From: Chthoniobacterales bacterium
Lineage (GTDB): Bacteria; Verrucomicrobiota; Verrucomicrobiia; Chthoniobacterales; JACTMZ01
Length of the DNA stretch: 64,000 bases
Reading direction: 5' to 3'
Assembly: GCA_021463515.1 (NCBI GenBank)
Contig: JAJTYZ010000041.1
Coordinates: 24,642 to 88,641, forward strand
The notes beneath the pieces were generated by a model. It saw only the letters and a program-made list of their open reading frames with translations, ran no database searches and was not told where the DNA came from. The position numbers were made by a program, and so were the translations under genes. This document shows, piece by piece, positions 28,947-38,500 of the stretch. The number at the start of each line of letters is the position of its first letter. Position 1 is the first letter of the stretch.

Positions 28947-30169
28947 ATCCACTCGAAGTTCGTTCCTATCCCCTGCGTGACGTGGTGCTGTCTGGCTGGC
29001 GAGAAAAAATCGCAGGGCGTTGGCATTACCGGGATCTGGCTGCCGACCCTGTTTGGCGGCACGGCTGGATCAGCTTTGATGCTGTCACCTTCAACCCCGG
29101 TGACGGGAAGGTGTATTGTGGGTTGAACTCGTTGGACGGCGATCTTCTCTATCGCTTTGACCCGGAGCAAGCGAAGTTTGAGGGGCTGCATACTCAGCGT
29201 TGGACCGATGCGTTTGACTCTAAAATCCACCGCACCTTGCTGCTCAACCCGCAGGATGACAATTTCTATTTTGCGACCTCTCTCCTGCACGATGCGGATC
29301 AGCAGCACGAGGCATCCGGCGGGAAACTGGTGCGCTACGATTGGAAGCAGGACCGCTACGACATTCTCGGCATCCCTGCGCCTCACCTTTACGTGCAGTC
29401 CATCGCCATGGATTATTCGCGAGGGATTATTTACGGGTTTACCTATCCGGCGGAAATGGTCTTCCGTCATGACGTAGGCACGGGACGGACGCGTATTCTC
29501 GGCTACGTAGGCAACGCCATCATGTTTGCTCAGCCCCATAATGCCGTAGTAGATCGCCACGGCTGGCTGTGGGGAACCTATGCTGAGACTCGCGCTTGGG
29601 ACGAAACTCCGGGGCCGACTCCCATTCGCCTGTTCAAATACCACCCGGAGGAAGACCGCTTTCATTGGCTGGATCATGGCCTAGCCCGCAAAGTCGAGCG
29701 AGAGCAGCTTTGCCCAGATCCACCGACCCTATTGAAAGCGATGCCCGACATGACCGAGTCGCGGCATAAACAGGACTACGGATTTTGCGACAGTATGGTC
29801 TATGATGGCGGACGCTACATCTATGCGGGCAGCGTGGCGGGTGTGCTTTCGCGCATTGATATCGAGACCAATCGCGTAGAAAAAATTGCCAATGTCATGG
29901 AGTCAGGCCGCCTGCCTGCATTGATCTTCGGCCCGGATGGTTATCTCTACGGCGGGGGCGGTATGAAATCCCGAACCGCCCTCTGCCGCCTTGATCCACG
30001 AACCCATCAGCTGGAACTGTGGAATGATCTCGTTGATAGCCGGAGCGGGACTCGTCCCGCCCGCATCCACGAGTTGTGCGTGGCTACCGATGGCACAATT
30101 TTCCTCGCCGAAAATGATAACCATGAACGCTCCAGCTACCTGTGGTCAGCCCGACTCTCTCTGCTGTGA
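28943..30169 (+). CDS. hypothetical beta-propeller-like protein
   Basis: 408 aa with an ATGA overlap with the previous gene. Repeated strand-rich blocks (GKVYCGLNS, DNFYFATS, GIIYGFTY, GWLWGTY, GRYIYAGS, GYLYGGG, GTIFLAEN). Confidence 0.55.
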   Translation: MNPLEVRSYPLRDVVLSGWREKIAGRWHYRDLAADPVWRHGWISFDAVTFNPGDGKVYCGLNSLDGDLLYRFDPEQAKFEGLHTQRWTDAFDSKIHRTLLLNPQDDNFYFATSLLHDADQQHEASGGKLVRYDWKQDRYDILGIPAPHLYVQSIAMDYSRGIIYGFTYPAEMVFRHDVGTGRTRILGYVGNAIMFAQPHNAVVDRHGWLWGTYAETRAWDETPGPTPIRLFKYHPEEDRFHWLDHGLARKVEREQLCPDPPTLLKAMPDMTESRHKQDYGFCDSMVYDGGRYIYAGSVAGVLSRIDIETNRVEKIANVMESGRLPALIFGPDGYLYGGGGMKSRTALCRLDPRTHQLELWNDLVDSRSGTRPARIHELCVATDGTIFLAENDNHERSSYLWSARLSLL

Positions 30170-30189
30170 TAGGCGCAAAAACTCACAAT

Positions 30190-31049
30190 ATGAAAGATTG
30201 GAAGCCTTGGGGTTATGCAGCACATGGGCCGTCATTTCATGGGAAGGATCACGGGGAAATTCAGGACATCTGCCGTGTGGCGGGATTTTCCGGCGTTGAA
30301 GGGCACATGCAGATGTTTCCCGACCCCACCCACAGCACGCTGGCACGGGTGGGAGATTCTTACCGAACCAGCGGGGTGCCTTTTACTACTTTTCACCTTC
30401 CCTATTACAGTCTGGAATGTGGCATCGCGGCGTTCTACGAGGCCAACCGGCGGATGGCGGTGGACATTGCCAAAAGGTGGATGGAGAACGCCGCAGTCCT
30501 AGGAATGCGCGTGATGATCCAGCACCCCACGACCAATGGCGCCTATCTGAAGGTGGAAGGATTCGAGCGTTTCCTCGTTCCCCTCGGCAAAAGCTTGGAC
30601 GACCTACTGCCCTTCGCCGAATCGTTGGGCGTGATCCTGGCCATAGAGAATATGTCGTCGCCACGCGGGCGCGGGCGAATTTTTGGATCCCTGCCGGAAC
30701 ATATTCGCGTTTTTCAGGAAAAATTCGCCCATCCACATTTGGGCTTTTGTTTGGATACCGGACACGCTCTGGTCATGATGCACGGCCAGACCAAGGAACT
30801 TACGAGGCGATGAAACCGGCCCTGCGTGCTTTTCATCTCGTGGATAACGCCGGAGACCGCGACTCGCATCTGGCACCGGGACATGGGCTGGTGGATTGGG
30901 CGCAAGTGGCCGCGTTGTTAGCCGAAATCGGATTTACTGGCACCGCCTGCATTGAGGCTCCGCCTTTTGCCTATGGCCCGGATTACAGCGTCGCCGCTTG
31001 GGCCGCCTACTTGCGGGACACGAAGCAGCTTTTGAGGCCGAGATGCTGA
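30190..31049 (+). pseudogene. sugar phosphate isomerase/epimerase (xylose-isomerase-like TIM barrel), disrupted by a frameshift
   Basis: The N-terminal 207 codons (…LAIENMSS…HLGFCLDTGHALVMMHGQ) end at a TGA at 30811-30813. The family's C-terminus (YEAMKPALRAFHLVDNAGDRDSHLAPGHGLVDWAQVAALLAEIGFTGTACIE) continues in the -1 frame to 31049. Confidence 0.7.
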
Positions 31050-32249
31050 CCCCGCCTTCATCTCCGGAGCGTGCGCCCCTGTTCAAGGGCACCCCCGCCG
31101 TTTTTGCTCCAACCCGCGAGAGTCTGACCATGGTGTTTCCGCTGCACCGGATGGCCTTGGTGCGCGTGGAGTATGGTGAAACCGAAGCCTTGGGGCACGA
31201 AACTCATACCGGCCCGGACGGCTTCGTGCCCCGCGACGATCAAGTCGTCAAAATCTGCCTGCGCGGTTTGTCGCCGGGGCGGCGCTATTACTGGCGCGGG
31301 GTGGCGCGGGCACCGGGTGGCGCGGGCACCGGGTGATACCGGAGAAGAACGCACGAGCCTCTACCACGGCCACACCCTACCCGGCGATGTCGCGGAAACG
31401 CATTTTTCCGTCTGGAATGACACCCACGGCCAGGCCGCGACCATCCAGAAGCTTCACGCTTTGCGCCGCGCCGAAGATGACTTTCTGCTTTGGAATGGCG
31501 ATCTGAGCAATGACATTGATCACCGGGAGCAGTTGCCGGGGCAGTTCGTGCATCCCGCGGGGGTGGACCTAGCCGAAGGACCGCCCATCCTACTTGCCCG
31601 GGGCAATCATGACGTGCATGGCCTCTGGGCCCATAAGCTGACCGACTATGTCGCCTTCCCCGGCGAGCGCACCTTTTACGCCTTCCGGACGGGGCCGGTG
31701 GCGGTCATTGTGCTGGACACCGGGGAGCATGAACCGGACACGCATGAATCCGTCGCGGGTCTGGCCGCCTTTGATCCCCTGGCGCGAGAGCAGACGGCAT
31801 GGCTGGAAAAGACCACGCAGGAACCGGCCTTCCGGGACGTGCCTTATCGCGTGGTCTTCTGTCACATTCCGATGCGTTGGCGGGACGAATTTCCGGATGG
31901 TTACGCCAAGAAGGGCATTAGCCTTTACAGCACCCGCCGCGGACGGGAGGCCTGGGCCGATGCGCTGAAACGCTGGGGCGCACAAATCGTAATTTCCGGG
32001 CACACTCACATCGCAGCGTGGCTCCCGGCGAGCGCGGAATTTCCCTTCGGCCAGTTGATCGGCGGTGGCCCGGACGTGGGGACCGCCACCATCCTGCACG
32101 CCGACGCCAACGCCCAAAACCTGACCCTGCACCTCAAAAGCCTGCTAAATGGCGAGACGCTGGAAAAAATCGTCGTCGCCCCTCTATCATCCCACACCCT
32201 CAGCAGCGTGCCAGTTAGGGCAGGTGGTCGAAATGTTTATCGCGGATGA
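31043..32249 (+). pseudogene. metallophosphoesterase (purple-acid-phosphatase-like N-domain plus calcineurin-like domain), disrupted by a 16-bp tandem duplication
   Basis: The N-part stops at a TGA at 31334-31336. The remainder, in another frame, carries WNDTHG, WNGDLSND, ARGNHD, VFCHIP and ISGHTH. Deleting one 16-bp copy gives a single ORF reading ...YYWRGVARAPGDTGEERTSLYHG... Confidence 0.8.
31299..31335 (+). repeat. perfect tandem duplication, period 16 (unit GTGGCGCGGGCACCGG at 31301-31316 and 31317-31332)
   Basis: Read directly from the sequence. The period-16 identity extends over 31299-31335. A third partial copy, TGGCGCGGG, lies at 31292-31300. Confidence 0.95.
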
Positions 32250-32582
32250 AAAGTACCAGATTGTGCTGGATGGCCAGCGCGGCGATCCAGATGTCATGCA
32301 CGGGAATCGGCGTCCCCTGCAAACGGGGTTGGGCGAAGACATGCGCGAAGTGGTGCGAGGTCGCCTCGTCGGTGCAGATCATCTGCACCCGCGGGGAGTT
32401 GAGGAAAAGCACGAGCGTGTGTTCGTTTTCCGAGCCAGCGACCCGCAAAGAAATCCGGCGCGTAATTCGGACAGCACCACCAGCGGCAGGCAAATCACGC
32501 GGGCCCGCTGCTAGACATCCACGACATCGGGTTTCCCCTCGCAAAAATTCCGGTAGCGGTTGGTGTCGAGTAAGACTTTCAT
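32215..32582 (-). pseudogene. vapC: PIN-domain VapC-type toxin, inactivated (premature TAG plus frameshift)
   Basis: Minus strand: the ATG at 32582 gives MKVLLDTNRYRNFCEGKPDVVDV, then a TAG (32513-32511). The same frame continues QRARVICLPLVVLSELRAGFLCGS. The PIN C-terminus (ENEHTLVLFLNSPRVQMI...GTPIPVHDIWIAALAIQHNLVLFIRDKHFDHLP) is in another frame, with the shift near 32426-32431. Confidence 0.75.
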
Positions 32583-32830
32583 TTCCAAAGGCCCCGTTCA
32601 ATACGGTCAAAAGCACGCAAAGCCTGATCGCAGGCCGCATCCGCCACCCACGCCCCCGCCAGCGCGTCGAGATCGTGGTGACGGGCGGCATCATCCGCGC
32701 CGGCGGCGGCATCCAGCAGCGACAGGGCGAGCGTGTTAAGGCTGACTCCCCGCTCCCCCGCCATTTCACGGAGCATGCCATCCGTGCGGGCCGACACACC
32801 TCGAATTGTATATTGAGATGCCTTTTTCAT
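32579..32830 (-). CDS. vapB: VapB/FitA-like ribbon-helix-helix antitoxin (intact)
   Basis: Starts MKKASQYTIRGVSARTDGMLREMAGERGVSLNTLALSLL. 83 aa. ATGA overlap with the degraded PIN gene. Confidence 0.7.
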   Translation of the reverse strand: MKKASQYTIRGVSARTDGMLREMAGERGVSLNTLALSLLDAAAGADDAARHHDLDALAGAWVADAACDQALRAFDRIERGLWK

Positions 32831-32940
32831 AGTGCAGGCAAAATAATGCCTACGTGCCTTCATGACAAGCCGAAGACTTGTACCGCCTCCCCGTTCGCCT
32901 CATCCGCCCTGCCCGGCTAGCAGATGATTTAAAGATTTCT

Positions 32941-32972
32941 CTAGTTTATTAAAAATTTTTCTGGACAATATA
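32941..32972 (+). promoter_or_regulatory. shared upstream motif, copy 2 (candidate operator/promoter element)
   Basis: Same CTAG..ATTA.AAA..TTTTCTGGACAATATA element. The core at 32957-32972 ends 16 nt before the regulator's ATG and overlaps a TATAAT hexamer (32971-32976). Confidence 0.45.
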
Positions 32973-32987
32973 TAATTTTTAGCGAAA

Positions 32988-34139
32988 ATGCCGAAAGTTA
33001 TGGCCGCATCCCTTAAAAAGCATGAGAGAGTTTACGAGAAACTTCGTTTAAAGATCGCCTCGGGGGAATTGCCACTGGGGAGCAAACTACCCAACGAACG
33101 GGCTTTGGCAGTGGATCTCGGGGTGGCGGTGATGACTTTGCGCAAGGCGCTGGATCGCTTGAAGGAGGAGGGGCATTTACTTCGCCGACCTTACCATGGG
33201 ACGGTTATCACGGCGGCGAAATTTTCTGCAAAGTCGTCACGGCAGCCGACTAAACCATGCGTTGGGTTGGTGGTTCCGGGTGCCTTATCGGCGACGGCGC
33301 ATCCGGTGTACAGCCGCTTTCTCAACGGTCTGGAGGGCGTGTTGAGCGAGCATCGGGCGCGGATCAAAATGGTGGTCAGTAATCCTGCCAAAGCCACCGC
33401 CGAAGAACACTTCCTCAATGTGATCCGTGAGGAACGGGTGGATGGATGGATTATCCCGGCGATGATTTCTCCACTGGTGCGCTCTGCCCTCAAACGCACC
33501 CCAGCACCCAAGGTTCTCATGCACTTTGCCGATGATGCGTTGAGTCCGCATTTTTTCGAGACGAACTGCCACAGCCTCGGAATCAAGATCGGCACCCATT
33601 TGTTAGCGGAGGGCTACCGCCGGGTCATCGTGCTGTCACAGCCGGTTCATTCTTTCCTGCGTCAGCAATTAGTCTCCGCACTCCAAGATACCTTGCATCA
33701 GCAGGGGGCCACGCTGCGATTGCATTCATTGGCCCATGTGGGTGCAGCGGATGGAGCGAGGGAATGCCGGAAGCTTCTGCAGAGCGGAGAAAAGTTTGAT
33801 GCCGTGGTTTGTGATGATGACGATATGGCCTTCGGAGTGGTACAGGCATTGAAGGAAAGCGGTCTGACGCCCCCGGACATCGGTGTGATCGGCGCGGGGG
33901 ATTTTCCGGTGAGTTCGCTGATGACTCCGCCTTTAACCACGATTTTTTTCCCGTACTATCAAGTGGGGCGGGAAGTTGCCGGGCTACTTATGGATTTGAT
34001 AGCACAGTACCCGGTAGAACCCGCGCACCGCATGTTCGTTTCGCGTTTGATTGTTCGCTCATCGAGTCAAAAAACTCCCCAAACTCCGCCTTTCCGCGAT
34101 GTCGCCGTCGCACAACCCCAAACTAACATACAACCATGA
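32988..34139 (+). CDS. GntR-type wHTH / LacI-type sugar-binding hybrid transcriptional regulator
   Basis: N-terminus YEKLRLKIASGELPLGSKLPNERALAVDLGVAVMTLRKALDRLKEEGHL (GntR HTH). C-terminus of periplasmic-binding-protein type (AVVCDDDDMAFGVVQALKESGLTPPDIGVIGAGDFPVSSLMTPPLTTI). Confidence 0.88.
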   Translation: MPKVMAASLKKHERVYEKLRLKIASGELPLGSKLPNERALAVDLGVAVMTLRKALDRLKEEGHLLRRPYHGTVITAAKFSAKSSRQPTKPCVGLVVPGALSATAHPVYSRFLNGLEGVLSEHRARIKMVVSNPAKATAEEHFLNVIREERVDGWIIPAMISPLVRSALKRTPAPKVLMHFADDALSPHFFETNCHSLGIKIGTHLLAEGYRRVIVLSQPVHSFLRQQLVSALQDTLHQQGATLRLHSLAHVGAADGARECRKLLQSGEKFDAVVCDDDDMAFGVVQALKESGLTPPDIGVIGAGDFPVSSLMTPPLTTIFFPYYQVGREVAGLLMDLIAQYPVEPAHRMFVSRLIVRSSSQKTPQTPPFRDVAVAQPQTNIQP

Positions 34140-34927
34140 AAACATACCCCATCCTCATCATGTCGCTCGCCCTTGCCGCGGGCTTCCTTACTATTCAATC
34201 TGGGCAAACGGCCATTTTACCTTGGACCGACAATGGTGTGACTTGGAGCAGTACGAATGGCACGCCCACGTACTATAATCCTGATGTTGATACGAATACT
34301 AACTATTTCGACAAGACACCGCTCGGCCCAGATACCGCGCCGATATGGAGTCCCTGGGCCATAACGGGTTCGTCAACCGCCTTGGTCAAATCTAATTATC
34401 TTGAAATTACCACTGATCAAACTTCGCAAAACTCCTACATAATAAACAACGGGTGGGATTTCGAACATCTGACTTTTGAGACCCGATTCCGTATTGAAAG
34501 CATGAGTGGCCAATACTATGCGATGACGATAGTGCTCTTTGCGAACGGAAAAGGTCTTTCCTTGGGTTTTGATACGACAAAAATTATGCAATTTGGAACG
34601 CCTCTGATTTCAGGGCTGGATCTCACACAATGGACTGTGTTACGTGCGACGGTTACCGGCGGTGGAACGCCTACGGTGAATCTTTATATTAATAATAATA
34701 CCAATGCGGCGTACTCTTCTTCGAGTATTATGTATGACTCGGGACAGTCCGGTTTGCTTTTTGGCGATGCATCGGATCCTGCTGAAGGAGGCGTCACACA
34801 GTGGGATTACTTGCGTTGGACAGATGCAGGGGCTTATGCTCCTATTCCCGAACCTTCAACTCTGATCCTTATTGTCTTCGCTGGGGTTATCGGCATGGGT
34901 TGGAAGCGACTTCGTTGTGCGAAATAG
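34136..34927 (+). CDS. PEP-CTERM-anchored secreted protein with a LamG/concanavalin-like body
   Basis: Signal peptide. C-terminus PIPEPSTLILIVFAGVIGMGWKRLR (PEP motif, TM helix, basic tail). ATGA overlap with the regulator gene. Confidence 0.8.
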   Translation: MKTYPILIMSLALAAGFLTIQSGQTAILPWTDNGVTWSSTNGTPTYYNPDVDTNTNYFDKTPLGPDTAPIWSPWAITGSSTALVKSNYLEITTDQTSQNSYIINNGWDFEHLTFETRFRIESMSGQYYAMTIVLFANGKGLSLGFDTTKIMQFGTPLISGLDLTQWTVLRATVTGGGTPTVNLYINNNTNAAYSSSSIMYDSGQSGLLFGDASDPAEGGVTQWDYLRWTDAGAYAPIPEPSTLILIVFAGVIGMGWKRLRCAK

Positions 34928-35564
34928 CGGACGTCGGAATGCGGCCTTCAGTTTGCTGGAACTGCTGGTGATTATCACCATTATTCTCATTTTTGCGGCG
35001 ATAACTATTCCATTTTTTTCTAAAATGGCCGCAAGTACACACACGGTTAAGTGCATGAATAATCTCAGGATTCTCCATCTGGCCATGAATAATCATCTCA
35101 ACGAGAACAACGGGCGATTCCCAGAAGCCTACAACGACCCGCTTTATGGCGGAATGCCGTATTGGGGACCAACCTGGGCGGAGTATCTGGTGGCAACCCA
35201 ACTCAAAGGCGACAAGTCTGTTTTGCGCTGTCCAGCCCGTCCCAAGAAATGGACAACTGCAGCAGGGTATTATCCTGATTATGGATATAATGCGAACCTG
35301 GACGATAAGCGCGTGGCGCAGATCGTCCATCCGTCACAAACCGTCTTATTTATGGATTCCGGCTACCCGGACTGGCTGGATCCCATAGGTGGGTTCTATA
35401 CGGTTAAAGAAGCGACCAGAGTGCATTTTCGTCATTCAGGTGAAACGGCGAACGTCTTGTTTGTGGATGGCCATATAGGGGCCGTGCGTCGTGCGGACGC
35501 AATTCCCCTCGGATCGGAAGGCCCTCTTGGTTTCAAGGCTTTTGACCCCTCGCTTTCCCAATGA
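34917..35564 (+). CDS. prepilin-type N-terminal cleavage/methylation protein, DUF1559 / H-X9-DG-like
   Basis: RRNA-AFSLLELLVIITIILIFAAITIP, then CMNNLRILHLAMNNH... and C-terminal HFRHSGETANVLFVDGHIG (H-X9-DG). The GTG at 34917 is a guess; the ORF-track start is 34872. Confidence 0.8.
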   Translation: MRNSGRRNAAFSLLELLVIITIILIFAAITIPFFSKMAASTHTVKCMNNLRILHLAMNNHLNENNGRFPEAYNDPLYGGMPYWGPTWAEYLVATQLKGDKSVLRCPARPKKWTTAAGYYPDYGYNANLDDKRVAQIVHPSQTVLFMDSGYPDWLDPIGGFYTVKEATRVHFRHSGETANVLFVDGHIGAVRRADAIPLGSEGPLGFKAFDPSLSQ

Positions 35565-38500
35565 ATTTTCTGTACTCTTTCCTTCTGGCCGCCGCTTGGC
35601 TGTCTGCCGGTCTGCTCTGCGCCGCGGATATCTCCAAGCTGGAGGCGCAACTTGATTCGCCGGAGGAATCGGTACGCTCCAATGCCGCCACTGCTTTGCT
35701 TTCTCTGGGCGAAGAGGGCCGGAATATCCTGCGTCGCCGGGCGGCCGGCCATAACCATGCCGCGCTGGAAGCCATCACGGCCCTGCGCGGTGATCCCAGC
35801 CTGATCAATGATCCGGCGCTCCGTGAAGGAATGAAGCGCTGGCTTGAGCAGTCCCAAACGGTCGTGAATCCGCCGTTTCCGGATCCGGCTTCGCATTTGA
35901 CGAATGGCGGATTCGAAAAAGATGGCGGATGGGATGTGCGTTTGGAGGATGGTGCCGAGGCTTTGATCGAATATGCGATAACGCCCATTCGCAGCGGGAC
36001 AAGAAGTTTGCGTTTTCGGAGAATCAATGCTGCAGGGACTGCATATTTGCGCAGTGCCGATCCCGTGAAGATTCCCGCTGGGGAAACCGCGATCGCGCGA
36101 GTTTATTTTCATGCGGATAACGCCGATTTCGTCAATACACTGCGACTTCGTTTTGAAGATAGTGCAGGGAATGTCACCGCAGGAGACGAATACTCCGGTG
36201 CATTGCGGCAAAGCCAAACGTTTGCGCAAAATACGCCTGCGGGCCAGTGGATCAAGCGAGTAGGCGTACTTCCCGCTCAACCTCATGAACGTGAAGTGTG
36301 GCTGCGGCTATATTGGGACGGTAATCCCGGTGATATTTGGCTTGATGACTTCACGTTCCCGTCTCGCCCCTATGCTTATGCACACACGGCCCCTCTTCGG
36401 CCGTTGCCCGGCGTGGGTTATGCCGGGACATCGGATGAAAAGCCCAGGACAGCTTCCGTGATTCGACGTGATGATCGAACCGTACTGTTGCGTGACGGAA
36501 AACCTAGCGTGCCTGTTTTATATCATACGATTCAGGCGGACTTTGGGGATTACGCTCAGATGGGCCAGCAAGCCGGTCTGCAATGGCAAATTGTCACCGT
36601 CCCCTTTCAACAGCATCCCATCATGCGGCAGAAATATCCGCCCGGCTTCGACTATTGGTGCGAGGACGGTTCATTTGATGTGAACGGTGCGTTGCGGTTT
36701 ATCGGAGAGGCTGCCTCCCGCATGCCTGAAGAGAGCACCATGCTTTTGGGTCTTTATATCAGTTGGCCCAAATCATGGACGGCCAAAAATTTGGATAGCC
36801 GATGGAAGGCGGAAGATGGCACCTATGCCATGGGATCGCTGGGTCATCTGCTCGGCTTTGGCAGCGAGTTGCCCCCCGATCAGCAATGGTGGCTGTCACC
36901 ATTTCATGACGCTTCCATGGAGGAGGTGGTTCGCGGGATCAAGCTGCTTGTCGAGGCGGCGCGGAAGGAACCGTGGTTCTCGCGAGTGGGCGGGTGTTTC
37001 ATCGCCGGCGGGCATGATGGACAGTTTTATACAACACCGTGGCCGGACTATAGCGAACCGGCTGTGCGTGCGTTTCGCACGTGGCTGCATCAAAAATATC
37101 AGACTGAAGAACGCTTGCGTACGGCCTGGCACCAACCAGATGCAACATTTTCTCAGGCGACCATTCCTTCATTTAATGCTGCCTTGAAACGGTCGGAGAC
37201 TTTCTTCGATCCAACGCACGATCAGGCGTTGGTGGATTACAGGGCCTGTCTGGATGAACGAGGCATGCGTATTCGTGAAATCATCGCGGAGGCCTTCAAG
37301 GAGAGTGCGGGCAAGCCGGTGATTGCGCTGACTTGGGAAATGAGCGGAGCCATCGGATACTCTGTGGAGTCCATATTTCTGAAGTCCAAATTTCTAGACG
37401 GCTTGGCACCGCAACCTTCTTATGCATTGCGTCTCCCCGGGCTTTCTGGCGGAATCCCCGCGCCGCTTGCATCGTTCAACATGAACGGCAAGCTTTGCAT
37501 CAAGGAACTTGATTTACGCACCTGGCTGCGCTCCGGTGAAAAGGATGTGGATAATCAGCGGGTTAGTGCTGCCATGACGCCCGAGGCATTTCGTACCATC
37601 AACCGCAAGGAAACCGGGCCGATGATCGCCGCGCATCAGGGCTTTTGGTACTATGATATTGGCAATACGCATTTCCGCGATCCGGCGATGCTTGATGAAA
37701 TTGGCGAGGTGCGAAAGATTGCTGACGACGTCTACCCCAAGGCCAATCATTTTCATTCACAAATGGCGGTGGTTCATTGTGGGGACGCCGGATTATGGGA
37801 AGTTCCTACCCGGTCGGGCCCCAGCGCTCTTTCACTTCTTCAGAATTTTAACACAAACGCTCTCAATGCCAGCGGCGTGCCGTATGACGCCTATTTTTTG
37901 AGGGATTTTATGAAACTTGTGGATCTTAGCCACTATCGCCTGATTATTTTCCCAAATGCTTGGCGCCTTACAGATGCTGAGCGGCAATGGATTGAGCAGA
38001 ATCTTAAAAAGGACGGACGGCATCTAGTTTGGTGTTATGCGACCGATTTTCTAAGTGAAGACAAATCGTCCCGCGAAAAATTGATAGGTATGCGCACACA
38101 GATGGCTCGTTCGGGAGCGCTGAAGGCTTTTGCTTCAGTAAAAGAAATGTCACTTGATAAAAAGCGGCTCGTTGGCATTGCCGAGATTACGTTTCGTATG
38201 TATGAAGGCATGATCACGGCAAGTAATTTGCCGCGCTTCACGATTGATGACTCCAACATCGAGGAGATCGCTCGTTATGAGGATGGCAAGGTGGCCGCTG
38301 CCCGCCGCCGCTTCGCGGACTGGACATCCATTTATTTTGCTATGCCTGCGGGTCTTGATCCGACAACTGTCAATGCTCTAGCGAGGGATGCTGGGGCCTT
38401 TTGTGCTAGCAAACCCGGGCTTCTCGTAAATATGAACTCCAATTTCTTGTCGGTACATGTGTTAGAGGCGGGGGGTTATGACATTCAACTGCCCAAATCA

